Shown: positions 56,406 through 64,000 of the stretch, one piece after another | Numbering within the stretch: position 1 is the first letter of the stretch | Layout: every line of letters starts with the position of its first letter | From: Macrostomum lignano | Lineage: Eukaryota | Direction: 5' to 3' | Assembly (NCBI GenBank): GCA_002269645.1 | Contig: NIVC01000040.1 | Span: 1,178,001 to 1,242,000 of the forward strand | DNA: 64,000 bases | Made by a program: the position numbers and the translations under genes | The notes under the pieces: generated by a model | Told to the model about the DNA's origin: nothing | Database searches by the model: none | The model's input: the letters and a program-made list of their open reading frames with translations, nothing else

Positions 56406-58551
56406 TAAGGCAATGCTTAAGGAGGGAGTTGCTGAGACGCCGAGTCAAACCTTTATTTTTCATTTTTTGTTGTCTCCCAACTGGGACAAACCTTGCTAGT
56501 AATATTGAAGAAAAGCAACACCAACAGCAAGCAACATCAATGACAGCAAGAGCCACAGCAACGCCGAAGACGAATCTAATCGTCTACGCGGATGACCTCA
56601 ACCGCGTCCGCCTCGTCCCCAAACAGCATTTCTCTCGAAGAAAAGCTCAACGACTACCTAGCCGAACTTTCTCCTTCCCTCGAGTCGCATAAATTGCAGA
56701 TTTCAGCCTCGAAATGTACCGCCACCCATTTAGCCCGGGCAAGAGCAGGTACTCGCGGCAACTACGTCTCTACATGTACATCAACGGCACACAACTCCTG
56801 CCAGCGCTACACTAAAAATTCTGAGTGTCACGTTCGACCCCCAGCTGTCTTTCTCGAGACATGTCTCTAACCTAGCGGAGAAAGTAAGGAAGAGAGCCAG
56901 CATTCTGCACTGACTTACCGGCTTTGTTTTAAGCCGCTGTAAAGAATTGCTCTCCAGACTGTCCAGAATGCGGCAACCGCTGCATTAACGGCCGCACTGC
57001 TCTAACATCCGAAGCCGATCTTCATTGTGAAGTTCTGTTGCTCCCATCCGCCAGCACAACTGCCTCCTGTCGCTGCAGTTCAAGCTCCCAATCAGGTGTC
57101 CTGAGCATCCGTGCCACCACTTGTCAGCTCTACCTCCAACGCGGAGGCTCATGAAGGCCTCTATTTCACGGCGGAACATTGCAACGCAGACTGGTCACCG
57201 GTACCAAATACGTCAACTAAATATATATTTCCTGAATATATATTTCCTAAATAACGCATATACCCAGCCAGAAGGAATGAGCATAATCTTTAGGAATCAA
57301 ACTTCACGCCAAGCGCAACTGAAAAGTTTTGTGTTGTTTTTTTGACTGCCTGTTGGTGTTTTGTCTGAAGTTTTAACAATGTTGGCATTTATCATTGTTG
57401 GGAGTTAATTCACTTGCACCTCCTTAAAAACAACCTACTGATAACTCCACTAATGTAAAAATACTCTTCAACCACTCAAACAGCCTCTTAGATTGAAATT
57501 TCGATTTCACCATGTCTTGAACATATGTAGGACGACATATGTAGGACATGTATACAAAATCCTGAAGTAGGCATTGTTGATTTTCAATTTTAAAGCGACT
57601 AAATTGCTGCCTCTTGTTGCAGAGCACCCGAACTGTAAGTTCATCCTCAATCCACCAATATATACGAGTAGCTATAATTTCCTTCGTTGTATTTATAGTG
57701 CAAACGCTTTATTTAACCTTCTGAATGTTTGGTAAAGGGGTTGGTGTGGGGACAATGGCCGAAACGGATCTCACTCTCACTCCTAAATTGAACCAATGTC
57801 TTCTGGCCGGACCCACTTTGAACTCTGAGCAGAAGATCGCGTCTTCGTTGGGATCGACCCGTCCCCAGGCAGACACAGTACAGTACGATTCTCCAGCCCT
57901 CTAAGAAATAACGCAGTTCACTCAACATACTCCTGGATTCCACGAGTCCGACAGGCAAGCGAGCGACGGGCTTGGTTGCACGGAGCGCTGAGTAGTATCG
58001 TAGTTGACTGACTCAGCTGAGTGAGCTCTCGATCGTCTGAGTTTATCTGAGTATCTGAGTCTGAGTAGACTCTGCACACCACCCATGCCATCAACCTCAA
58101 GAAACAAATGATATAAATATTGCACACTGCTTCACCCTTGGTGCACCGATCCCGACTACAACTGACGATGCGATTAGCGCCCTTTCACTTTACTTGTTCA
58201 TGAGATTAAGCATGAGCAGTTTGTTAATTTGTTGTTCGCTAAATGTTTAATTAGTTTGCATAAAAAATTTCAGTTAAACTGCAAGGTTGCTACTTACATT
58301 CCAAAAAGCAGAATAACCTACGCCTCTACATATCATCCAGCGAGTCAATGACAATCGAGAGCTGCCGAAAGGACTGCAGTGTCACTACTACTCCTTACTT
58401 TGGAGTAATAAGTGGAACATATTGCTACTGCGGTGATTCAATAATGGGGACGCAATTGTCATTAAGAAAATGTGATTACAGGTGTCCGGGAAATCCAGAG
58501 CAGATCTGCGGTGGTTTTGACTCGATGGTAGTGTACGAGCAGCTTTTATGA
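29571..58551 (+). CDS. Gene B: secreted protein with six tandem WSC domains, predicted 630 aa
   Basis: join(29571-29637,30246-30257,30356-30652,31027-31038,42963-43262,49373-49384,50031-50327,51548-51559,52201-52497,54125-54136,55528-55812,57623-57634,58274-58551) = 1893 nt, in frame, all GT-AG phase 1. No transmembrane segment or catalytic domain recognised. Confidence 0.82.
29633..29820. repeat. 31-bp tandem repeat (about 6 copies) containing the exon-1 splice donor
   Basis: GAGCTGGG(T/A)GAGTTTGAGATGCGTCTCACCT units. Confidence 0.9.
30246..30257 (+). CDS. 12-nt microexon, gene B
   Basis: tgtttcag|AGCACCCGAACT|gtaagt. Confidence 0.85.
30356..30652 (+). CDS. WSC domain exon B1 (297 nt)
   Basis: [33 protein letters not shown]; gtaagt donor. 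Confidence 0.92.
31027..31038 (+). CDS. 12-nt microexon (divergent codons, still E-H-P-N), gene B
   Basis: tttttgcag|AGCATCCCAACC|gtaagt; two synonymous changes relative to the other copies. Confidence 0.8.
31378..31636. repeat. Degenerate telomere-like (CCCTAA)n patches, interstitial
   Basis: ACCCTAACCCTAACCC runs at 31378-31410 and 31542-31636. Confidence 0.8.
31790..33105. repeat. Compound satellite: CCCCAAG(A/C)CTTGACATCTCAG array followed by GCTATGAGATTATT array
   Basis: Degenerate short-period repeats; type switches near 32530. Confidence 0.9.
33197..33263 (-). pseudogene. tRNA-Tyr-like SINE head or tRNA pseudogene (second copy at 36934-36999)
   Basis: A-box TAGCCTAGAGG, CTGTAAA loop, B-box GGTTCGAAT then TTTTT; no acceptor stem. 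Confidence 0.6.
33590..33785 (+). mobile_element. End of a Helentron/HINE-like non-autonomous element (related ends at 38350-38538 and 41520-41745)
   Basis: GGTGCAAGTTTGAAGAAAATCGG, a (CATA/TA)n tract, TTTTCATTTTTAGTATAT and a following short GC hairpin. Family assignment is by resemblance only. Confidence 0.4.
34430..36780. repeat. Second, larger compound satellite block (same two repeat types)
   Basis: CTTGACATCTCAG array 34430-34980, then GCTATGAGATTATT array 34980-36780. Confidence 0.92.
37278..38297 (-). mobile_element. Solo-LTR-like element, TGAAG...CTCTACA family, 1020 bp, TSD CTGC
   Basis: CTGC flanks both ends; empty site GAGCTGCTTGACC near 33537. Confidence 0.8.
38840..39176. repeat. 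Two-copy tandem duplication, period about 176 bp
   Basis: CCTTTGACCCCCCTCTTTATTAGCC...GACGATCGGACAATC occurs twice. Confidence 0.9.
39200..40790. repeat. CTTGACATCTCAG-type arrays plus two imperfect 0.5-0.7 kb repeats
   Basis: 39530-40030 resembles 40220-40790. Confidence 0.7.
41042..41116 (-). pseudogene. Degenerate tRNA-like sequence
   Basis: Minus strand GGCGGAATAGCC...GGTTCGAGTCTGCC with A/B-box-like motifs; anticodon arm does not fold. Confidence 0.35.
41760..41862. mobile_element. 103-bp foldback MITE, PIF/Harbinger-like ends (GGGCC...GGCCC), 3-bp TSD AGA
   Basis: About 40-bp imperfect inverted repeats; AGA on both sides. Confidence 0.7.
42213..42752. mobile_element. 540-bp solo-LTR-like insertion TGTGACG...CGTCACA
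   Basis: 7-bp inverted ends; interrupts the conserved intron motif GTCTGA|GTAGACTCTG; imperfect TSD CTGA/CTAA. Confidence 0.65.
42963..43262 (+). CDS. WSC domain exon B2 (300 nt)
   Basis: WSC pattern with an extra Cys (ECCCG); canonical splice sites. Confidence 0.92.
44200..45120 (-). pseudogene. Degenerate non-LTR (R1-like) ORF2 fragment
   Basis: [22 protein letters not shown] and [14 protein letters not shown] motifs in broken frames. Confidence 0.55.
45123..45424 (+). mobile_element. Candidate LTR (TGTGATG...ATTACA) followed by PBS-like TGGTGTTCGATGCCC
   Basis: TG/CA ends, internal TATAAATA, TGG immediately downstream; no second LTR found. Confidence 0.4.
46044..47054 (-). pseudogene. 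gag: Gypsy-like gag remnant
   Basis: 336-aa ORF with [13 protein letters not shown] gag-like segment and a truncated knuckle CYTCGRIGH; C-terminal part uncertain. Confidence 0.6.
47452..48144 (-). mobile_element. Shorter solo-LTR-like copy of the TGAAG...CTCTACA family
   Basis: Homologous to 54428-55320; contains the empty GTTAC site; TSD not intact. Confidence 0.7.
49373..49384 (+). CDS. 12-nt microexon, gene B
   Basis: ttgttgcag|AGCACCCGAACT|gtaagt. Confidence 0.85.
50031..50327 (+). CDS. WSC domain exon B3 (297 nt)
   Basis: 8-Cys WSC pattern; one amino acid differs from A1 (N vs H). Confidence 0.92.
51548..51559 (+). CDS. 12-nt microexon, gene B
   Basis: gttgcag|AGCACCCGAACT|gtaagt. 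Confidence 0.85.
52201..52497 (+). CDS. WSC domain exon B4 (297 nt)
   Basis: Same translation as A2. Confidence 0.92.
54125..54136 (+). CDS. 12-nt microexon (E-H-Q-N), gene B
   Basis: gttgcag|AGCACCAGAACT|gtaagt. Confidence 0.85.
54428..55320 (-). mobile_element. Solo-LTR-like element, 893 bp, TSD AGCC, without the nested insert
   Basis: TGAAG...CTCTACA; AGCC on both sides. Confidence 0.8.
55528..55812 (+). CDS. WSC domain exon B5 (285 nt)
   Basis: Same translation as A3. Confidence 0.92.
56035..56357 (-). mobile_element. tRNA-derived CORE-type SINE (paralogue of 18126-18450)
   Basis: Same A/B boxes, CORE-like block and tail. Confidence 0.75.
56530..57180 (+). pseudogene. Degenerate non-LTR RT fragment (paralogue of 18545-19200)
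   Basis: LIVYADDL. Confidence 0.75.
57623..57634 (+). CDS. 12-nt microexon, gene B
   Basis: ttgttgcag|AGCACCCGAACT|gtaagt. Confidence 0.85.
58274..58551 (+). CDS. Terminal WSC domain exon B6 (ends MVVYEQLL-stop)
   Basis: Open to TGA at 58549-58551; AATAAA at 58631-58636. Confidence 0.9.
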
Positions 58552-59095
58552 GGCCTGATTTATTATTTATCAGAGAAGTAACTAACTTTGAAAGACACAT
58601 CATTGAAAAACATGATGATTCTGATTAACAAATAAACGCGATCTTTAAACATTGTCCGTAGTGTCCGTGTTCTCTCAAACAATATATACTTCTTAAGTAC
58701 CGCACTGACGCAGAAAGTTTTGCTGTTAAAAGTGCTGCAGCAGAGCCTCATATGTGTAAATATGTGGTCACAGCTTCATATTCTAGTGTAGCGCACAGAC
58801 TTCAGCAGCTGGGTGGAGGAGGGTGTGGTGTTGCAACGGCCTTCGGGCGGTCTGTGAACAACCGGAAGAAGCTATGAAGTACTGGGAGTGGTGGAGAGGT
58901 CACCCGCCGTGGGGGGGCCAGGGAGGAGGCCCCTAGCCGTGGATGAAAGGTGGTTGGCAACAACAACAACTGCAGCAGATGTGACGAAGCGAGTGACGAA
59001 AATTGACGAGAGAAAGAGACCGGTGTGATTGACCGCCGACACCGACTCCGAAGACGAGACCGACAGCCCGAGTAAAGAGACGTCAAGCGAAGAGT

Positions 59096-59308
59096 TGAGA
59101 GGCCGGCAGACGGGAGGCCATAAGAGGCTGGCAGACAGGAGGCCATGAGAGGCCGGCAGACGGGAGGCCATGAGAGGCCAGCAGACGGGAGGCCATGAGA
59201 GGCCGGCAGACGGGAGGCCATGAGAGGTCGGCAGACGGGAGGCCATGAGAGGCCAGCAGACGGGAGGCCATGAGAGGCCAGCAGACGGGAGGCCATGAGA
59301 GGTCGGCG
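59096..59308. repeat. 25-bp minisatellite, about 8 copies
   Basis: Same unit as 23530-24190. Confidence 0.95.
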
Positions 59309-59799
59309 GCATTATGATGAGCAACGAAACCCGAAACCAGATGCCAGATGAAGGGATGATGATTTGACGAGAAAATTGGTGGGCGGCTGCAATGGCATGG
59401 CCCTTTGTTTTAGCTAATTTATTCACGTTAGGGAATTTTTTTTCGGGCGCCATGTAGAAAAAAATAAGAAAGACTACTTAATTTGAATTAAAAATTTATT
59501 CATAAGTAGGGCGCACGCCAAGAGCCAATCAGAAGGAAGCGAGGGGAGAGAGATGAGACTAACGACATTGAACTGGCCAGAGAGAGATAAAACAGAGTAA
59601 ACAACGACAAGTGCAAATGAACTGAAGAAGTGAGCAAGAAAGTCTCAAAACTTGCAGCGTGGGTTCAGCAAACGCCAAACTATTGTCTGCGAATTTAAAG
59701 AAGCAGGCCGAATGATGCTTTTGTCATTGAAAATAATAATCAAGTGGGAATCCTCATTCGCTGTAGCAGCCACTGACACATGACTGCAATCGGCCATTG

Positions 59800-59870
59800 C
59801 CAATCAAGCTGATAGAAAGCCAATCAAGCTGATAGAAAGCCAATCAGGCTGATAGAAAGCCAATCAAGCA
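59800..59870. repeat. 20-bp GCCAATCAAGCTGATA repeat, about 3 copies
   Basis: Same unit as 24686-25255. Confidence 0.9.
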
Positions 59871-60578
59871 ATCAATTTTACCCTGATTGACTTTAAAACT
59901 TGACTGGCTTTTTCGCTTTGCTCGGCGTATTTACGTGTGCATGTTGACTGAAATATGCTACTTGCTTAGCTTCTGAATCAGCCAGTAGTATCTGGGGAGC
60001 ATCAATGGATCTGATTTTGTATAACTAATTTTAAGGCAAATTAGCAATCTTAACCGACACCGGGGAGGCACCAAATAAGCAAATAATTTTGTTGCTCTCT
60101 TCCGCGCAGAATGCCTAACAGACCAGCCGTCTTTGATTCTGTAGTGCCAATCAGCTGGTATATCAGCGTCTCCTTGGCATCTCAGCGACTGTAAACATAA
60201 CATAATTCCAATCTTAGCTTTCCCCTTGAGCATCATAGCTCTTGGACTACTGATGTGAAAGGTTTGAGCAAAAGCAGGCCTTCACCGTCCAGAATTTATT
60301 TTGCTCAAAGTGACCAAATGTCAACGGAGCAAGAAAATCATGAAAAAGAAGAAGAAGCGGTGAAAAATCGCCCAAGAGCTTCGCAATTCTACCGATCGAG
60401 GTGACCAGTGGAAAGTCGAGGTTGAAAGCCGCATGCAGCCATTCCTTAAGCGCTGTATGCACCCAATTGACCCCAATATATTTTGTAAAATTTGATGCAC
60501 CACAATGTATTCGCACATTTCGCAACACAACCTTATTTTTACAGTTATTTCCACATTCCCAATTTATATCTAAGCCAA

Positions 60579-62419
60579 AACTAACTAACTAAATAAGTAA
60601 CTCCGGCGCCTCAGCCATTGAAATGGGCTCTTACGCCACTATATATAAAAAGTTTCCTGAATAGGGAGTGTACTAATGTACACTAAAAGCCAAGTTAGAC
60701 TATAGAGGACTGTACAGGGCAGTATCAAAAAACCAAACCTCCCCGGGGGACAGTGACAGCGGAACGACATACCAGTCAGGAAGCCCGTGCCCAAAACCAG
60801 GTTAGATAGACCCATAGCCTATTAGGGGATGGCCCGAAGGCCTAGAGCCGTGGCTACCATGCTGGGGCCGACCGCCCACCACCCCCGGGTACAAATCAAA
60901 AACCTCCCCGGGGCCAGAGAGGGTAGAGTGAACTTTCAGGGGAGCCCGTGCCTTCTCCTGGGTTAGAAAAGCCAAAAAACCGGTCAATTGACCGCCCCCA
61001 CGGCCGTGGCAACCCGAAGGAGCCTCCCCCCCCCAACTAGACCCCGGGTACTCTTGCCAGACAGTCTCTTATCTTTGAAGCGGCAGGAGGGCTATTCGCC
61101 GGGACTGTTTCACCCTTTCCTTCGCCATCTAAGCCAATAACTAACTAACTAAATAAGTAACTCCGGCGCCTCAGCCATTGAAATAGGCTCTTACGCCACT
61201 AGATATAAATAAGTTTCCTGAATAGGGAGTGTACTAATGTACACTAAAAGCCAAGTTAGACTATAGAGGACTGTACAGGGCAAAATCAAAAAAACCAAAC
61301 CTCCCCGGGGGACAGTAGCGGTTCGACGAACCAGTCAGGACCCCGTGCCCAAAAACCAGGTTAGATAGACCCCTCAGCCTATTAGGAAGGCCCGAAGGCC
61401 AAGAGCCGTGGCATCCATGCTGGGGCCGACCGCCCCTCTACCCCCGGGTACAAATCATAAACCTCCCCGAGGCCCGTGGGGGTTGAGAGAACCAATCAGG
61501 GAAGCCCGTGCCTACTCTAGTCTATGCCTAGTCTAGCTTGGCCATCTAAGCCAATAAACTATGACTATGACTATGATAAGTAACTCCGGCGCCTCAGCCT
61601 AAGTAAAAAGGCTCTTACGCCACTAGAAATAATTTAGGTTCCAGATTGGGAGTGTACTAATGTACACTAAAAGCCAATTAGACTATAGAGGACTGTACAG
61701 GGCAATAACATAAAATCCAAACCTCCCCGGGGGACAGTGACAGCGGTTCGACGAACCAGTCAGGAGCCCGTGCCCAAAAACCAGGTTAGAAGGCCCCTTA
61801 GCCTATTAGGGATGGCCCGAAGGCCTAGAGCCGTGGCAACCATGCTGGGACCGACCGCCCACCACCCCCGGGTACATATCAAAAACCTCCCCGGGCCAGA
61901 GGGGGTTGAGTGAACCATTCAGGGAAGCCCGTGCCTACTCCTGGGTTAGATAAGCCAATGCCGGTCATTTGACCGCCCCCCACGGCCGTGGCAACCCGAA
62001 GGAGCCTCCCCCCCAACTAAACCCCGGGTACTCTTGCCAACAGACAGTCTCTTATCTTTGAAGCGGCAGGAGGGCTAATCGCCGGGACTATTTCACCCTT
62101 TGCTTCGCCAACCCGCCATTTCTATTGTGACCGTGCCAACGGTCCCGTCCTGCTCAGACTCAGTCCTGGTTCTGGCACACTCCAGCTTTAATAGGGTCGC
62201 TGGCTGTACGCTCAGAGGGCACTCCGAGGGAGTCCGTCGGGCACCTTGGTACAGGTATAGGCCTGCCTTCCTATACAGCTACCCACAGCCCTTCCCGATC
62301 CACTATTACCCTCCAACCCAGCCTACTCACTCATTACAAGCTTTCAGCCAGGCAGAGACAAGTTTCACAGGAGTGACTGCGGTTAGGCGTCTCTATGCGA
62401 GACAAAACCATGGCCAACC
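60579..62419 (-). mobile_element. 1841-bp insertion made of three stacked, diverged, 5'-truncated LINE/SINE-like 3' ends
   Basis: Absent from copy 1 (near 25966); outer duplication AAGCCAA; internal junctions ATCTAAGCCAATA at 61127 and 61544; each unit ends in a (TAGT)n or (TCATAG)n tail on the minus strand. Confidence 0.7.
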
Positions 62420-62679
62420 AAGCCAATAAAAACTATTATTAATCTTTTATAAGTAACGTTATCAGCTTGTAATTTCGTACTTTACAACTATTTGCGTAGA
62501 CTGGACTACTTCTAGTACACTGCATTGGGTCAGTGCAGGCATTTTTACAATATACATGTTTCATATCAAGTCTCTGAATTGCATGCGCGAAGAAGACACT
62601 GATCCATACTCTGTGTACATTGACAAATGCATGGATATTTTCTCAATGCAGAGTGGAGGTTAATTGCTTTGGTATGGAG

Positions 62680-62792
62680 GACCTTCAAGTCATGAGTCCG
62701 ACGCTTTAACTACTAGGCTACAACCCCATGTAGGCCAAGCATCAGAAAGAGAGAGAGAGAGAGGGAGGGAGAGAGAGAAAGGGAAAGAGAGA

Positions 62793-62877
<85 letters not shown>

Positions 62878-62931
62878 GGGAAAGAGAGAGAGGGAGAGAG
62901 AGAGAGAGGGAGAGAGAGAGAGAGAGAGAGG
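62680..62931 (-). repeat. Truncated SINE head plus complex (GA)n/(GGGAGA) microsatellite
   Basis: GACCTTCAAGTCATGAGTCC..CAACCCCATGTAGGCCAAGCATCA followed by GA runs. Confidence 0.85.
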
Positions 62932-63000
62932 AGGGCGCCTCCAATCTCAGGCACGGACGCGGTACATGTAAAAAGGACAAACAAGTCAAGTTGATTTAAG

Positions 63001-63041
63001 TTGCCGATATTTCGAATTAGGTAAATTCTTCGTCAGGGCAA
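63001..63041 (-). ncRNA. Minimal type I hammerhead ribozyme of the Penelope-associated kind
   Basis: UUGCC-CUGACGA-A-GAAUU(UACCU)AAUUC-GAAA-U-AUC-GGCAA: stem I 5 bp, stem II 5 bp, AUC cleavage triad, loopless palindromic AUAU in place of stem III. Confidence 0.8.
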
Positions 63042-63632
63042 GTGAAAAGTAGCGACAAGTGGTGTTGTAAAAGTTATTAAATAGGCGGGTTAGAGGGGAG
63101 AGAGAGTAGACAGGTAGATTGAGAGCGTACGGTATGTACACTTGGTGTGAGTCGATAAAACACTATTAGAGTTGAAAATGCAAAATAAAAAACAGTGCAC
63201 AAATAAAGTGAACCGCACGTGGGCTGCAGCGATCCTACACACGAAATAAATAATGGAATGGTGCGACTGCACCGGTGTCTAAAAAGGGTGTCTAAAAAGA
63301 AAGAGTGACTCCAAGCACTTTACAAAATGGACCTCAATAAATAAAAAAGGTGAACAGGCCCTCAAAAACTAAAAAGAGCAATTGTACGATAAGCAAAAGA
63401 GTAAAAGTAAAAAGTGTAATAAAAAAGTACAGGGTGTCAAGAAACAATAGAAATGTAAATGCAGAATAAATGCTGAGAATATACAAAAGCTGTGCTTGGG
63501 CTAGCGATGAGAATAAAAAAAAATTCTAAGAAACGAGCAATAAAAGGCTTGGTAGGTACCGGCACGGTCTGACAAAGGTAAGTAGTAGGGAAAGTGAAGT
63601 AAAAAATCAAAAGGAAAAAAAATAAAAAACTT

Positions 63633-63815
63633 CAATCAGTGGTGGACTCCAGTCGACTGGGACAGAGCAGCTGCCGGAGGTTCCGCCCTTTGGTGTAGGC
63701 GGGCAGCACCGGGGCCTCGCAGCACCGGGCCACGCGGTCCTTCACCGCGGCCACCAGGGCGTCCGACCTCGCACAATGGGGCAGGATCAGCGGGATGGCC
63801 GGGTTGTGCAGCGTG
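63633..63815 (-). pseudogene. Penelope-like element ORF C-terminal fragment
   Basis: Frame not given in the ORF track: IPLILPHCARSDALVAAVK..PVLPAYTKGRNLRQLLCPSRL, resembling the PLE post-RT linker; GC-rich; lies upstream of the hammerhead on the same strand. Confidence 0.55.
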
Positions 63816-63849
63816 CAATCAATCTACGCCTCTACATTTATAGCATTTA

Positions 63850-64000
63850 TAGCTGTGTATGGCTGTTCAATCCAAGGACTGGACTGGGGGGTCACGCACA
63901 CACTCTTAATTACCCAAGCTATAAATGCTAGCACTCATTTTACAGCTGGGTGAACTGAAGCAATGCAGTGAAGCAATGAATTATCTTGCTCAAGGACACA
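63850..64000 (-). mobile_element. CORE-type SINE body running off the window end
   Basis: Near-identical to 18218-18367. Confidence 0.8.

Larger units (their letters stand above)
48444..62681 (+). repeat. Segmental duplication copy 2 (paralogous to 9168-26226)
   Basis: Colinear identity with copy 1. Confidence 0.95.

Noticed and set aside
60735-60770. HDV-like ribozyme suggested by ACCTCCCCGGGG in the stacked elements
   Set aside because: Could not build complete P1, P1.1 and P2 pairings or a J4/2 catalytic C by hand; needs a descriptor search

Overview
Repeat-rich eukaryotic genomic DNA, probably from an invertebrate animal (spliceosomal introns, CORE-SINEs, LINE/LTR/Penelope/CMC elements). 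I found no rRNA, CRISPR array or prokaryotic operon. The main feature is a pair of tandem, spliced + strand genes encoding proteins made only of WSC (8-Cys, putative carbohydrate-binding) domains. Gene B (29571-58551) can be assembled completely by hand: a signal-peptide exon, then six pairs of [12-nt microexon + WSC exon], all junctions phase 1, giving 1893 nt / 630 aa with no frameshift or stop. Gene A (9945-22771) is the 3' four-domain part of a near-identical paralogue inside a 14-17 kb segmental duplication (9168-26226 vs 48444-62681). The two copies give filled and empty sites that define several insertions exactly. These are a 1523-bp Gypsy pol fragment bounded by perfect 23-bp inverted repeats with a 5-bp target site duplication (TSD), a 2.2-kb solo-LTR-like element carrying a promoter, and a stack of three 5'-truncated LINE-like ends inserted into one target motif. 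Also present: an intact CMC/EnSpm-type transposase ORF, a Penelope remnant with a minimal hammerhead ribozyme, several solo LTRs, and many satellites. All alignments and folds were done by eye.
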